A stretch of 64,000 bases of DNA from an uncultured Sangeribacter sp. (GTDB taxonomy: Bacteria; Bacteroidota; Bacteroidia; Bacteroidales; Muribaculaceae): contig CAZGJH010000002.1 in NCBI GenBank assembly GCA_964525735.1, positions 6,433 to 70,432 on the forward strand, given 5' to 3'. The position numbers were made by a program, and so were the translations under genes. How positions within the stretch are numbered: position 1 is the stretch's first letter; each line of letters starts with the position of its first letter. Below the pieces are notes generated by a model. It worked only from the letters and a program-made list of their open reading frames with translations, had not been told where the DNA came from and searched no databases. Below are positions 9,694 to 20,812 of this stretch, piece by piece.

Positions 9694-11145
9694 ATGTTTA
9701 AGCGACAAATCAAGTTTATCAGTATTATAATTACAGTTGTTGTTTCAGGATTGCTCTCTCTGCCAATGATGGCCAACGGGGGAGCCTCGAAAGATTTTAC
9801 CGTTGTGATTGATCCAGGACACGGCGGGAAAGACTTTGGAGCGGTAGACAACGGCACGAAAGAGAAGGAGATTAACCTCAGTGTGGCGCTTCAGCTCAAA
9901 AAACTTATCGATAACAAATTGAAGGGTACTTCTGTGGTGATGACCCGTAAGGACGACACTTATCTCACCCTTCAGCAACGAGCCGACATAGCCAATAAGG
10001 CAAAAGGTGATCTCTTCATTTCGATACACACCAACTCCGTAGACAAAAGCAACAAAAACCGAAAGAACATTGCGGGAAGTTCGGTGTATGCGCTCGGTCT
10101 GCATAAAGACGACAACAATATGGCCGTGGCGCGCAGGGAGAATGCTGTAATCGAACTTGAGAGCAACTATGAGCAGAAATACAGCGGATTCGACCCCTCG
10201 AAAGATGAGTCGTATATCATTTTCGAGATGGCTCAGAAGAAGAATCTCAACAAGAGCATCAAATTTGCCGATCTCGCACAGAAGGAGCTTGTGAAATCGG
10301 GTCGCAAGAACCGTGGAGTGCATCAGGCAGGGTTCTGGGTGCTCTGGGCCACCTCGATGCCGTCGGTGTTGGTTGAGCTCGACTTCATCTGTAATCCTGA
10401 TGCGGCCAAATATCTCTCTTCGGAGAAAGGAGCGCAGGAACTTGCGCAGGCTATTTTCAACGCGGTTGAGGCTTATGAGAAAGACTATCGCGTGACGCAC
10501 AGTCTTGGAAATCATTCGGCAGCAAAAACGAGAAGCGGAGCAGCCGACGGAAATGCTCCAAAGGTGGTGGCTTCGTCGAAGGCTTCGGTAAAGAAGGGGG
10601 ACAAAGCTCCTGCCGACAACACCACGAGAACTACTGTGGGGAAACGCAGAAGACGTTCGGAAAGAGGTCGCGAATCGTCGATTTCAAGAAATGTGGAGAC
10701 AAGAGACATTCCAATGCACAGCTCTACGGAGCGTCTGGGAAAGACCGTAGAGGGTAATGATAGCGAAGAATTGATAGCCGACGCCTCGGCCGACTCCCAG
10801 AACGCCGCAGACAAAAAGGGTAAAAAAGATAAGAAAAAGGGTAAACAGAATAAGAAAGAGACAAAAAAGAAGGAGCGTCCGGCAAATTCTCACAACGCAA
10901 AGGTAGAAAAAGTTGTTACAGTATATAGAATACAGGTGCTCGCCTCAACAGAACTTCTGAAGCAGAACAATCCGCGTTTCCGTGGACTCTCACCAATAAC
11001 TGCGACGAAGGAGGGTAACTACTATAAGTATTACTATGGAGAGAGCGAAAACCAGAAAGACTTGGCCGATAAATTGGCGGAGGTAAAGAAATTGATACCG
11101 GATGCCTTTATAGTCTCGATCAAGAAAAGTAAAAAAAGCAAATAA
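9694..11145 (+). CDS. N-acetylmuramoyl-L-alanine amidase (Amidase_3) with charged linker and SPOR-like C-terminus
   Basis: Signal peptide, VVIDPGHGGKD, FISIHTN and PSVLVELDFI. Confidence 0.92.
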   Translation: MFKRQIKFISIIITVVVSGLLSLPMMANGGASKDFTVVIDPGHGGKDFGAVDNGTKEKEINLSVALQLKKLIDNKLKGTSVVMTRKDDTYLTLQQRADIANKAKGDLFISIHTNSVDKSNKNRKNIAGSSVYALGLHKDDNNMAVARRENAVIELESNYEQKYSGFDPSKDESYIIFEMAQKKNLNKSIKFADLAQKELVKSGRKNRGVHQAGFWVLWATSMPSVLVELDFICNPDAAKYLSSEKGAQELAQAIFNAVEAYEKDYRVTHSLGNHSAAKTRSGAADGNAPKVVASSKASVKKGDKAPADNTTRTTVGKRRRRSERGRESSISRNVETRDIPMHSSTERLGKTVEGNDSEELIADASADSQNAADKKGKKDKKKGKQNKKETKKKERPANSHNAKVEKVVTVYRIQVLASTELLKQNNPRFRGLSPITATKEGNYYKYYYGESENQKDLADKLAEVKKLIPDAFIVSIKKSKKSK

Positions 11146-11165
11146 AAACAGATTCTTCATAAACT

Positions 11166-12068
11166 ATGAAAAAATTATTGTCTAAGGAATTTATCATCGG
11201 TATTTCGGTGATTGTGGCTATCGCCATTCTCTTTTTCGGAATCGACTATCTGAAAGGGATCAACATCTTCAAGCCGGCCAATTTCTATGTGGCCGATTAT
11301 ACGAATGTCTCCGGCCTTGAGGTGTCGGCGCCAGTGAATATCGACGGCTACAAGGTGGGACAGGTGAGAGAGATCAATTTCGATTATCAGAATCCCGGCA
11401 AGATTGAGGTGGTGCTCGCACTCAACAAGAATCTTCATCTTCCGGAGGATTCAAAAGCAGTGATCGGTTCGTCGCTTCTCAACGGAGCCTTCGTAGAGAT
11501 TCAGCTCGGCAAGAGCGCGAAGATGCTTGAGGTGGGGGGCCATATCAGCACTGAATTGAAACCCGACATGATGGCAAGCTTATCTGATAAGTTGCTTCCT
11601 TCGGTTGAGAATATCGTGCCGAAGGTAGACAGCCTTCTCACCAATCTCAATGCACTCGTTTCAGATCCGGCTCTTTTAAATTCGGTGAAGGCACTTGAAG
11701 GGATTACGGCTCACATCAACTCGGCTTCATCGAATCTTGATGCCGTAATGGGTAAGCAGGTGCCGGTGCTGATGAACAATGCCGATCAGGTGGCAAAGAA
11801 CCTTAACAATATCACAACCGACCTCACTCAGCTCTCAAGTCAGCTCAGCCAGCTTCCTGTGGCCTCGGCGATGGACAATGTGAATGAGGTGACGGCCAAC
11901 TTGAAGAAATTCTCCGACCAGCTCAATAATAAGAATTCAACGCTTGGCTTGATGATGAACGATCCGGAGCTCTACAACCGCATCGCCAGAGTTACGGCAG
12001 ATGTAGATTCGCTCATTCTCGACATCCAGAAGAACCCCAAGCGCTATATCAGCATCAAGCTGCTTTAA
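11166..12068 (+). CDS. MCE/MlaD family protein
   Basis: N-terminal TM anchor, GLEVSAPVNIDGYKVGQV MCE motif, helical region and C-terminal NPKRY. Confidence 0.9.
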   Translation: MKKLLSKEFIIGISVIVAIAILFFGIDYLKGINIFKPANFYVADYTNVSGLEVSAPVNIDGYKVGQVREINFDYQNPGKIEVVLALNKNLHLPEDSKAVIGSSLLNGAFVEIQLGKSAKMLEVGGHISTELKPDMMASLSDKLLPSVENIVPKVDSLLTNLNALVSDPALLNSVKALEGITAHINSASSNLDAVMGKQVPVLMNNADQVAKNLNNITTDLTQLSSQLSQLPVASAMDNVNEVTANLKKFSDQLNNKNSTLGLMMNDPELYNRIARVTADVDSLILDIQKNPKRYISIKLL

Positions 12069-12106
12069 ATGATATGTGCCTCCCAAGCGGGAGGGAAAGA
12101 ATAGGA

Positions 12107-12141
12107 CGGCGGCCCATTTCGTTAAGCGGAATGGGCCGCCG
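12107..12141 (+). terminator. Hairpin, probable terminator after the MCE gene
   Basis: Inverted repeat cggcggcccatt / aatgggccgccg. The T-tract is weak. Confidence 0.55.
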
Positions 12142-12376
12142 CTGCTTATATTAGGGGAGCTGTGGCAAAGGGGGAATGCGTGATAGAGTAGAGGAAGAAG
12201 GGAACGGAGGATAGAGAACATGAAAAGGGTGGGAGTAAAAGAGGAGGGAGAAAAAAGGAAATTTTATTCTGTTGTATAAAAGTATTTTAAAAAAAATCGA
12301 AATATGCAATAGCAGAGACTATTTTTTTTTCAGAATTTTTGTTGTTATTTTGCAATCGATTTTGCGTTATACGTCT

Positions 12377-13783
12377 ATGATGGAAGATTTAAACATACGC
12401 TGGGCAAAATGCCTTGAGATTATCCGCGATAACATCGGGGAGTCGAGGACGCGTACTTGGTTTTATCCAACGTATCCAAAGAGTTACATTAATAATGTGC
12501 TTACTTTGGTGCCTCCCTCCACCTTCTATTGCGAGAAATACGAGGATGAGTTCTACCAGATTTTATCGAGCACCTTGCGTAAGGTGTTCGGTGAAGGTGT
12601 GCGCCTGGAGTATGAGGTAAACGTCATAAACAACGATGCCGCATCAAACGTGAAGTTGACGAGTTCGCAGCAAAGTCATGCCATCAAAAACAAATTCGTG
12701 CGCTCCATGCAGGCTCCCTCGCCCCTTGGCGACAAGAGCAATGCAGCGACGCCAGATTTTGATCCGCAGCTCAACGAGACCTTGACGTTTGAAAATTATA
12801 TGGTGGGAGAGAGCAACCGTCTCCCCTTCACCATCGCAGAGTATATCGCAAACAATCCTGGCAAAAATGATTTCAACCCCTTCTTCCTTTATGGAGAAGT
12901 GGGAGTGGGGAAGACTCACCTTATTCAGGCAATCGGTATCCGTGTAAAGGAGAGAAACCCGAAAGCAAAGGTGCTCTTCGTTCCGCTGCGTCAATTCCAG
13001 AACCTGATGGCCAACGCTACGATGCACAAGACCATCCCCGGCTTCATCAACTGGTTTCAGCAGATGGATGTGCTCCTTATCGACGACCTTCAGGAGCTTA
13101 GCCACAAGGATGGAACAGCCAACGTGCTTTTCCCCATCTTCAACCATCTGCACCAGAATGGCAAGACGCTCGTGTTTACCTGCGACCGTCCGCCCATGGA
13201 ACTCGACGGCATACAGGATCGACTGATCGACCGATTCAAGTGGGGTATCACCGAGAGGATCACGCGTCCGGACTTCGCTCTGAAGAAGAAGATACTTTCT
13301 TTCAAGGCCGCGAAGAACGGCTTGAAGATACCGGAGGAGGTGATCGAACTCATCTCCGAGCAATCAACCGGTTCTGTGAGAGAGCTTGAGGGTATCGTGA
13401 TGGGTATTCTCACACGTTCGATAACACTGAGCGCACCGATCGACCTTGAACTCGCCCAGGAGGTGATGAAACACTCGATCAAGAAGGTGGAGCACAAGAC
13501 CATCAACTTTGAAATGATTGTGGAGGCCACGGCTGATTTCTATAAGTTGAATCCTGATGTGATCTTCTCGAAGAGCAGAGTGCGCGACATTGCCGACGCT
13601 CGCCAGGTGATCATGTATCTCAGTCATAAACTCACATCGCTATCATCTTCGGCCATCGGGCAGAAGCTCAACCGGCGACACGCCACCGTGCTACACGGCA
13701 TCTCAGCGATAGCCGATCGATTGCCTTACGCCAAAGATATTTCGGTAGCAGTAGAAAAAATAGAGGAGGAACTCAGACGTTGA
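12377..13783 (+). CDS. dnaA: Chromosomal replication initiator DnaA
   Basis: NPFFLYGEVGVGKTHL Walker A, LLIDDLQ Walker B, SVRELEG and domain IV ARQVIMYL...IG..LNRRHATVLH. Confidence 0.95.
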   Translation: MMEDLNIRWAKCLEIIRDNIGESRTRTWFYPTYPKSYINNVLTLVPPSTFYCEKYEDEFYQILSSTLRKVFGEGVRLEYEVNVINNDAASNVKLTSSQQSHAIKNKFVRSMQAPSPLGDKSNAATPDFDPQLNETLTFENYMVGESNRLPFTIAEYIANNPGKNDFNPFFLYGEVGVGKTHLIQAIGIRVKERNPKAKVLFVPLRQFQNLMANATMHKTIPGFINWFQQMDVLLIDDLQELSHKDGTANVLFPIFNHLHQNGKTLVFTCDRPPMELDGIQDRLIDRFKWGITERITRPDFALKKKILSFKAAKNGLKIPEEVIELISEQSTGSVRELEGIVMGILTRSITLSAPIDLELAQEVMKHSIKKVEHKTINFEMIVEATADFYKLNPDVIFSKSRVRDIADARQVIMYLSHKLTSLSSSAIGQKLNRRHATVLHGISAIADRLPYAKDISVAVEKIEEELRR

Positions 13784-13802
13784 GATCCTCCTCAAATTTT
13801 TT
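13763..13802 (+). terminator. Hairpin plus T-tract overlapping the dnaA stop codon
   Basis: gaggagga-actca gacgt tgaga-tcctcctc followed by aaatttttt. Confidence 0.55.
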
Positions 13803-13838
13803 GCCCTACAGACAGATTTTTTGCTTTACTGATAAGGC

Positions 13839-16031
13839 TTATATTTCGTATCTCACATTCTCAAGTAGGAGATTGAGATCGGCTGCATCGCCACCAGCTT
13901 TTGTGAGCGCAGGAAGATCTTCCTTCACTACCTCTTCGAGTTTCTTGAAATCATAATCTTTCTCCTTCAAAGCTTTCTTGTAGGAGGCTGATGCGTTCTT
14001 GTAGTCTTTCTTCAAAAAGTAGGCGTGGCCGGTGTTGACGATATCTACGGCTGTTTTATCGGGCGATTCGAGTATTTTCGAATAGAATCCGAGGCTCTTG
14101 TCGGGGTTGCCGTTGAGCATCTCCCCCCAAGCAAGCGCGCGCCAAACCGAGATCTTGTCAGGATTGACGTAATCGGCATGGTAGAAGTTGGCTACGGCTT
14201 CATCCGTCTTTCCTATGTTGAGAAGCACGTGGCCGGCGTTAAGCAGCAGGTGGTAATTCTCGGGATCATCGGCCAAAGCTTTGGCGTAGTATTCGGCTGC
14301 CTCCTGATAATTTTCAAGCAATCGGTTGCACTGAGCCAGTTTCTTTATAAGCCATTTGCTGTCAGGGTGAATGAGCTCAGCTTTACGATACCACTCCAAG
14401 GCCTCGGTGAGCTGGCCCATGGCATTATAGCAGTAGCCAATCTTCTCCCAAAGCAAACCGGCGTCGGGATTGCCGCTCTCCAATCTCTTCAGCAGGGGGA
14501 GAGCCTCCTCGTAGTAACCGCGTTTGAAATAGAACTCGCCTACGAGACTGAGAATCTCCGGATCGGCAAGGATATGATCGAGATAAGGGATAGCGTTTAG
14601 GTCGAGGGCCTTGGCAAACGGGTCTTTGAAATCATCTTTTTTACGGAAGAGCTTGAAGAAACGGTAGATGTCGCGGATGTAGCGAGTCACTTCCTGATCA
14701 AACTCCGGAATTGTCGATTTCAGTTTCTTATCGGCCATCACTTCCTTCAACTGGCTGAGCTGCGCCTCCATCTGCTGGCTGATCATCTGACGTTGAGCCT
14801 CGGGCATACGGGTGAGCGACAGTATGAAGGAGAACTTATCGGAATCGCACATCACACCCTCCGAATCGAGGATCTGGCTGAATGCGCCCTTCACTTCACT
14901 TGTGACGCGAGCCACTTCATTGTGGGAATCAGAGAAGGGGAGAAACCAGTTGGCCACCGTGTTGAAGAAGGGGAACGATTTGAGATTCGAGAATGCGAGC
15001 ATCATGACATCACCGCCATCCATTTGAATATCGGTAAGTTCCTTGAGTTTGTCGCCCAGTCCATCCTTATTAATGATCTCCTCCCATTCCGGATTGGCCT
15101 CCAGACTTTCGAGATCAGAGGCCTGCGACATTTTGCCGAGACGCTTCAGAATTTCCGGACGCAGCTTCATAAGCTCCGGGAGCACTTCATTCTGCATTTT
15201 CGAAGAGATTCGCTGGGTGTCGTGAGCCCTGATAATCGTCATGATAACCTCGCGCACCTGCGGATAGAGCATAATAGAATCAGACCAAACCTGAAGCCGG
15301 GCTTTAAGTTTGGGGTCTTTCTCAATTCTCTTGTTGTGGGTATACATCACAAGGATAATCGAAGCAAGGGCGCGGGCAGAAATGCGAGGATCGGAAGCAG
15401 AGTCATAAATGTCGAGCAGAGCGTTGAAGCCTTTCCGATCGAAATAGGCAAGATTGCCGAGCAGAAGGGCCGAGATCATCTGTGCCTTGAGATCGAAAGG
15501 GAGATCATCGTGCTGCACCGATTTCACCACCTTGGCATAATCGTCGGAAGAGGCTCCGAACATCGTCCAAACATAAGAGAAGAGCGACACCAAAGCCTCG
15601 TCGGCCTCCTTGAGAATGTCGAGGTTGCCGTCGGACTCCATAGCTAACATGGCCATAGAATGTGCGCTGCGATATTCGTCGAGTCGGGATTGGAGAGTGG
15701 CCTTCCTTACATTCTCAAAGCGGAGAGTGGAGGAATAAATGTCGGAACTGTCGACCAAAATAGCATTTCGATAGACGGAGTCATTAATAAAATGGAGTGT
15801 GCTTCCGGTCTCTGCGAGCATATCCTGCCGCGAGGAATCGGAGAAACCCTCCACAAAATAATGTAAAAGATATTTGTAGGTATCCTCTTGTTTTTCAAGA
15901 AGATCATACAAAGCCGGGGCCGTTTGCTTGGAGATGCGGCCTCGCAGAAGGCTGAATGCCTTGTTATATTCAGATTTATCGATAAGATTCCTCACTTTGA
16001 TATGGAGATCGGAATCGAGTTTGGAACTCAT
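13839..16031 (-). CDS. Tetratricopeptide repeat protein
   Basis: 730-aa ORF with several C-terminal TPR motifs, e.g. WEKIGYCYNAMGQLTEALEWYRKA. Confidence 0.85.
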   Translation of the reverse strand: MSSKLDSDLHIKVRNLIDKSEYNKAFSLLRGRISKQTAPALYDLLEKQEDTYKYLLHYFVEGFSDSSRQDMLAETGSTLHFINDSVYRNAILVDSSDIYSSTLRFENVRKATLQSRLDEYRSAHSMAMLAMESDGNLDILKEADEALVSLFSYVWTMFGASSDDYAKVVKSVQHDDLPFDLKAQMISALLLGNLAYFDRKGFNALLDIYDSASDPRISARALASIILVMYTHNKRIEKDPKLKARLQVWSDSIMLYPQVREVIMTIIRAHDTQRISSKMQNEVLPELMKLRPEILKRLGKMSQASDLESLEANPEWEEIINKDGLGDKLKELTDIQMDGGDVMMLAFSNLKSFPFFNTVANWFLPFSDSHNEVARVTSEVKGAFSQILDSEGVMCDSDKFSFILSLTRMPEAQRQMISQQMEAQLSQLKEVMADKKLKSTIPEFDQEVTRYIRDIYRFFKLFRKKDDFKDPFAKALDLNAIPYLDHILADPEILSLVGEFYFKRGYYEEALPLLKRLESGNPDAGLLWEKIGYCYNAMGQLTEALEWYRKAELIHPDSKWLIKKLAQCNRLLENYQEAAEYYAKALADDPENYHLLLNAGHVLLNIGKTDEAVANFYHADYVNPDKISVWRALAWGEMLNGNPDKSLGFYSKILESPDKTAVDIVNTGHAYFLKKDYKNASASYKKALKEKDYDFKKLEEVVKEDLPALTKAGGDAADLNLLLENVRYEI

Positions 16032-16299
16032 AATGAAGTATGTTTTTATAATTTACGAAAAAAATAGAAGACGAGCTGCTCGTCGGGAATTGGACCGAAA
16101 TAAATCGGCCTCCTATATTATCTATAACAAATGATGTGCCGAAAAGTAAAAGTTAGACAAAAAATCATTAATTTTGCAGCATGAGAGATTCCGACAGCAT
16201 ATTTTTCCAGCCTCAATCTGGCAAGATCGATACGTTTGCTACCGGAATAATAGATTAAAGACTATATAAATCAAACTTATAAAAACAAATAACAGTATT

Positions 16300-16764
16300 A
16301 TGGTAATACAGCGTTGGCAATCGGTGTTGCTATTGGCAGCCGCCGTCATGATGTGTTGTTTCACCTTCTGCTCATTGGGGCAGGTGAACACGACCGACTA
16401 CAGTTTCAACTTCTCGACACTCGGATTCACCGTAGAGAACGGTGGAGAAGCACCGGAGCATACCTTCCTCTCCACATGGTATTTCTTCGTGCTCACACTC
16501 ACTACAGCGATTTTGCTGCTCATCGATATCTTCCTCTATCACAATCTTCCGTTGCAGAAGAAGGTGTGCTGGGTGTGCATTCTTTTGATAATCGGCAGCA
16601 TGGCAGTGGGAGCCACATTGGGTTACACGGCGATCGAGGGAGGCACAATCAGCTGGTCGGGACAGATTTGTGCGCCCATAATCGCCCTTATTGCCACGTT
16701 GATGGCCTTAGGGCGTATTCAGAGCGATCACAACAAGTTGAGAGCCGTAGATCGTATTCGTTGA
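16300..16764 (+). CDS. DUF4293 family membrane protein
   Basis: MVIQRWQSVLLL start, four hydrophobic segments and C-terminal LRAVDRIR. Confidence 0.8.
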   Translation: MVIQRWQSVLLLAAAVMMCCFTFCSLGQVNTTDYSFNFSTLGFTVENGGEAPEHTFLSTWYFFVLTLTTAILLLIDIFLYHNLPLQKKVCWVCILLIIGSMAVGATLGYTAIEGGTISWSGQICAPIIALIATLMALGRIQSDHNKLRAVDRIR

Positions 16765-16855
16765 GAGGCATTTTAAATGCGGGTGATAATATACGGTCTG
16801 TAAGGCTGTTTATATGTGAAAATTGATAGAAACCGTTAATAATAAATGTTAAAAA

Positions 16856-16900
16856 TGGAGCCGCCTGAAGTTTTTCGGGCGGTTTCTTTATTTATTTATT
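16856..16900 (+). terminator. Intrinsic terminator after the DUF4293 gene
   Basis: gagccgcctgaa gttt ttcgggcggttt followed by a T-rich tract. Confidence 0.65.
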
Positions 16901-17066
16901 GATTTTTTGTAATTTTGTAGTTCATTACAGTAAGTAGGTCATTCCGCCGCTTGTCTGGCAGCAATTGAAACGTGAGTCAGACGGCATAAATCAGTTGGCA
17001 GATGGCCATGCTTGCAAACCCATTATTGGAACTAACAAGAGAAAAAATACAGACCGAAAGACAGTC

Positions 17067-18548
17067 ATGGCAAAAGAATTAAAAGATCTTACCAAACGTA
17101 GTGAGGATTACTCGAAATGGTATAACGAACTTGTGGTAAAAGCCGACCTTGCAGAGCAGAGCGCTGTGAGAGGCTGCATGGTGATCAAACCTTATGGCTA
17201 CGCCATTTGGGAGAAGATGCAGCAGACGCTCGACAAGATGTTTAAGGAGACCGGCGTGCAGAACGCATATTTCCCTCTGCTCATCCCGAAGTCGTATCTT
17301 TGTCGTGAGGCCGAACATGTTGAAGGATTCGCAAAGGAATGTGCCATCGTGACACATTACCGCCTGAAGAACGACCCCGATGGTAAAGGTGTGGTGGTGG
17401 ATCCCGCCGCACGCCTTGAGGAGGAGCTCATTATACGTCCTACTTCAGAGACAATCATCTGGGGTACATTTAAGAACTGGATTCACAGCTATCGTGATCT
17501 CCCGCTGCTAATAAACCAGTGGGCCAACGTGATGCGATGGGAGATGCGTACCCGTATGTTTCTCCGCACCTCAGAATTCCTCTGGCAGGAGGGTCACTGC
17601 GCACATGCCACAGCCGAAGAATCGGAGAAGCGCACAGTGCAGATGATCAATCTCTATGCCGATTTCGTTGAGAATTACATGGCAATCCCGGTGATCAAGG
17701 GTGTGAAGACTGAGAACGAGAGATTTGCCGGCGCAGTTAACACCTACACCATCGAGGCTATGATGCAGGATGGCAAGGCTCTCCAGTCGGGCACATCGCA
17801 CAACTTGGGCCAGAACTTCGCCAAGGCATTCGATGTAACCTTCATGAACAAGGAGAACAAGCCCGAATCGGTATGGGCAAACTCATGGGGCGTATCTACC
17901 CGTTTGATGGGCGCGCTGATCATGACCCACTCCGACGACAACGGTCTGGTGCTTCCTCCGCATCTGGCTCCTATTCAGGTGGTGATCGTGCCTATTTATA
18001 AGAATAATGAGCAGCTCGCCGAGATCAGCAAGGCTGTTGAGCCTATCGTGGAGCAGCTCAAGAAGCTGGGCGTAAGCGTGAAGTATGACGACGCCGACAA
18101 CAAGCGCCCGGGCTTCAAATTTGCCGACTACGAGCTCAAGGGCATACCCGTGCGTCTCGCGATTGGAGCTCGTGACCTTGAAAACGGCACCGTGGAGATG
18201 ATGCGCCGCGACACTCTCGAGAAGCAGACAGTTTCTCTGGATGGCATCGCCGAGAGAGTGGCCGCCGAGCTCGAAGATATACAAGACAACCTCTACAAGA
18301 AGGCTCTCAAGATGCGCGACGAGCGCACGTATAAGGTAGACAGCTACGATGAATTCAAGGAGAAGATCGAAAATGGCGGTTTCTTCCTGGCTCATTGGGA
18401 TGGCACTACCGAGACCGAAGAGAAGATTAAAGAGGAGACAAAAGCTACTATCCGCTGTATCCCTCTCGACGGAGAGGAGGAGGAGGGTGTATGCATGGTC
18501 ACAGGCCGTCCCTCGAAACGTCGTGTAATCATAGCCCGCTCTTATTAA
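17067..18548 (+). CDS. proS: Proline--tRNA ligase (eukaryote/archaea-like type typical of Bacteroidetes)
   Basis: [28 protein letters not shown] and ATIRCIP. Start at MAKELKD. Confidence 0.97.
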   Translation: MAKELKDLTKRSEDYSKWYNELVVKADLAEQSAVRGCMVIKPYGYAIWEKMQQTLDKMFKETGVQNAYFPLLIPKSYLCREAEHVEGFAKECAIVTHYRLKNDPDGKGVVVDPAARLEEELIIRPTSETIIWGTFKNWIHSYRDLPLLINQWANVMRWEMRTRMFLRTSEFLWQEGHCAHATAEESEKRTVQMINLYADFVENYMAIPVIKGVKTENERFAGAVNTYTIEAMMQDGKALQSGTSHNLGQNFAKAFDVTFMNKENKPESVWANSWGVSTRLMGALIMTHSDDNGLVLPPHLAPIQVVIVPIYKNNEQLAEISKAVEPIVEQLKKLGVSVKYDDADNKRPGFKFADYELKGIPVRLAIGARDLENGTVEMMRRDTLEKQTVSLDGIAERVAAELEDIQDNLYKKALKMRDERTYKVDSYDEFKEKIENGGFFLAHWDGTTETEEKIKEETKATIRCIPLDGEEEEGVCMVTGRPSKRRVIIARSY

Positions 18549-18571
18549 TTCTCACCAAATAAAAGATTGAA

Positions 18572-20755
18572 ATGAGATTGCGTAAAAATATCATGTTGCT
18601 CTCCGCTGCTGTAGTTTCAGCAGCGGGGCTTCACGCATCTCCGCTATCGGTAGAGGATTATTGCGACACCAAACGTAATGCTCCGGCCCGGATAAAAGAC
18701 GTGACGCCTCTGGAAGGGGGTGAAACCTATGCCGCGATTTCGGCCGACGGTAAAAGCATCGATATCTACAGTTACAAGACCGGCAAAAAGACCGGCGAGC
18801 TCTTCAGCATCTCAGGCCAGAAAGGTGAACTGAAGATCGAGGAGTTTGACGGCTTCAAACTTAGCGCGAACGGCAAGAAACTTCTTCTCTGGAACAATAT
18901 GAAGAAGATCTACCGCCACAGTTTCACGGCCGATTACTACGTATACGATATGATGCGCTCTACCGTGAAAATGGTGAGCAAGAAGGGGCCGCAGAGAGGA
19001 GCCGTGATTTCTCACGACGGACGCTTCGTGGCCTACACGCGCGACAACAACATCTTTATCTCCAGCCTCGATTATGAAACTGACAATCAGATCACAACCG
19101 ACGGCGAGGTGAATAAGGTGATAAACGGAACGCCCGATTGGAGCTATGAGGAGGAATTCGGAATGTTAAACTCCATGTGCTGGAGCGCCGACGACAATGT
19201 CTTGGCATTTATCCGTTTCGACGAGAGCGCCGTGCCGACCTATTCGTTTGACAACTACCGGAGCTTCTGCGACAGCGACCCGATGGGAGATCCCTATCCG
19301 GAGGCTTATTCATACAAATATCCGTTGGCCGGCTACAGCAATTCGGTGGTGAGCGTACATTCTTACGACCTTGACAACCGAAAGATCAAGAAGATGGATC
19401 TTCCGATCAGTGCCAACGACTATGTGCCTCTGATTCAATTCGGTGGAGCCGACGGAATGAGGCTCATGGTGATGCTGCTCAACCACGACCAGAATAATCT
19501 GCGTCTCTTCGATGTGAATCCGCTCTCTACCGTAGGCAAGCAGATTTATACCGATACTTCCGAGGCTTGGCTCAGCCCCGACACTTATAAGATGGTTGAT
19601 TTTGCCGACGACGGTTTCGTAATTGCAAGCGAGAAGAGCGGCTACCGACATCTCTATCAGTATGATTACAGCGGCACACTGCGTCGCCAGATCACGAAAG
19701 GGGAGTTTAATGTTACGGCTTATTACGGCAAAGACCGACTTGGCCAGTATTACATGCAAACTACATCGCTCGGAGCTGTCAACCGCAACATTGCCGTGGT
19801 TGACGCGAAGGGTGCTTACCGTCTCCTTAACAAGGAGGAGGGTACAGCCTCGGCCAACTTCAGCACTACCTGTTCATACTATGTGCAGAATTACAGCAGC
19901 GTGGCACAGGCTCCGCAGTATCGCATCTTCAATGCCAAGGGCGAGAAGATGTGTGATCTTGAGCTGAACGAGGCATATATGCAGCGTTACGCTGAATCGC
20001 CACGTATGGAGCTTCTGACCGTCAAGAATGACAATGGCGAGGAGATGAACGCCTACATCATAAAGCCGGTGAATTTCGATAGCTCAAAGAAGTATCCTCT
20101 TATGATGTATCAGTATAACGGACCCGATTCGCAGGAGGTAACCAACAGCTGGAAGATGGGTGGCAACAATTATATCGCCTCAGAGGGTTATATCGTGGCG
20201 GCTGTAGACGGACGTGGCACAGGCAACAGGTCGAGAAAATGGGCCTACAGTGTCTACAAGCATCTCGGAGAACTCGAGACCCTTGATCAGCTTGCTGGCG
20301 CACGCTACTTCGCCTCACTTCCTTACGTAGACTCGAAGCGTCTCTCATGCTTCGGCTGGAGCTACGGAGGCTATATGACGCTTATGGAGATGGGCGCGAA
20401 GGGTTGTCCGTTCAAAGCGGGTGTGGCGATGGCTCCAGTGACCGACTGGCATTGGTATGACGCTATCTATACGGAGCGCTATATGCTCACGCCCGGGCAG
20501 AATGCCTCAGGATATCAGTCGTCGTCGGCTATGGCCCGCACAGCGGGTGTAGACGGAAGGCTTCTGATTATGTCGGGCACGAGCGACGATAATGTGCATT
20601 TCTATAATACACTGAAATATACCTCAAAGCTAAATTTCGAAGGTAAAATCTTCGATATGATGGCGTTCGCAGGCTTCGAACATAGCTTGGGAATGTGTAA
20701 TGCGAGAGTTCAGCTGTATCGGAAAGTGGTAGATTTCCTCAACAAGAACCTTTAA
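18572..20755 (+). CDS. Dipeptidyl peptidase IV (S9B)
   Basis: Signal peptide, DWSYEEE, GWSYGG nucleophile, DDNVH and catalytic His (FEHSL). Confidence 0.93.
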   Translation: MRLRKNIMLLSAAVVSAAGLHASPLSVEDYCDTKRNAPARIKDVTPLEGGETYAAISADGKSIDIYSYKTGKKTGELFSISGQKGELKIEEFDGFKLSANGKKLLLWNNMKKIYRHSFTADYYVYDMMRSTVKMVSKKGPQRGAVISHDGRFVAYTRDNNIFISSLDYETDNQITTDGEVNKVINGTPDWSYEEEFGMLNSMCWSADDNVLAFIRFDESAVPTYSFDNYRSFCDSDPMGDPYPEAYSYKYPLAGYSNSVVSVHSYDLDNRKIKKMDLPISANDYVPLIQFGGADGMRLMVMLLNHDQNNLRLFDVNPLSTVGKQIYTDTSEAWLSPDTYKMVDFADDGFVIASEKSGYRHLYQYDYSGTLRRQITKGEFNVTAYYGKDRLGQYYMQTTSLGAVNRNIAVVDAKGAYRLLNKEEGTASANFSTTCSYYVQNYSSVAQAPQYRIFNAKGEKMCDLELNEAYMQRYAESPRMELLTVKNDNGEEMNAYIIKPVNFDSSKKYPLMMYQYNGPDSQEVTNSWKMGGNNYIASEGYIVAAVDGRGTGNRSRKWAYSVYKHLGELETLDQLAGARYFASLPYVDSKRLSCFGWSYGGYMTLMEMGAKGCPFKAGVAMAPVTDWHWYDAIYTERYMLTPGQNASGYQSSSAMARTAGVDGRLLIMSGTSDDNVHFYNTLKYTSKLNFEGKIFDMMAFAGFEHSLGMCNARVQLYRKVVDFLNKNL

Positions 20756-20812
20756 AGATTTTGATGGGGAGAAAATCGATAATCCGAAAGGAACAATTAT
20801 AAAGAGAAATTT

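Noticed and set aside
12069-12376. oriC next to dnaA
   Set aside because: No cluster of TTATCCACA-like boxes is visible. The region is AT- and purine-rich only.
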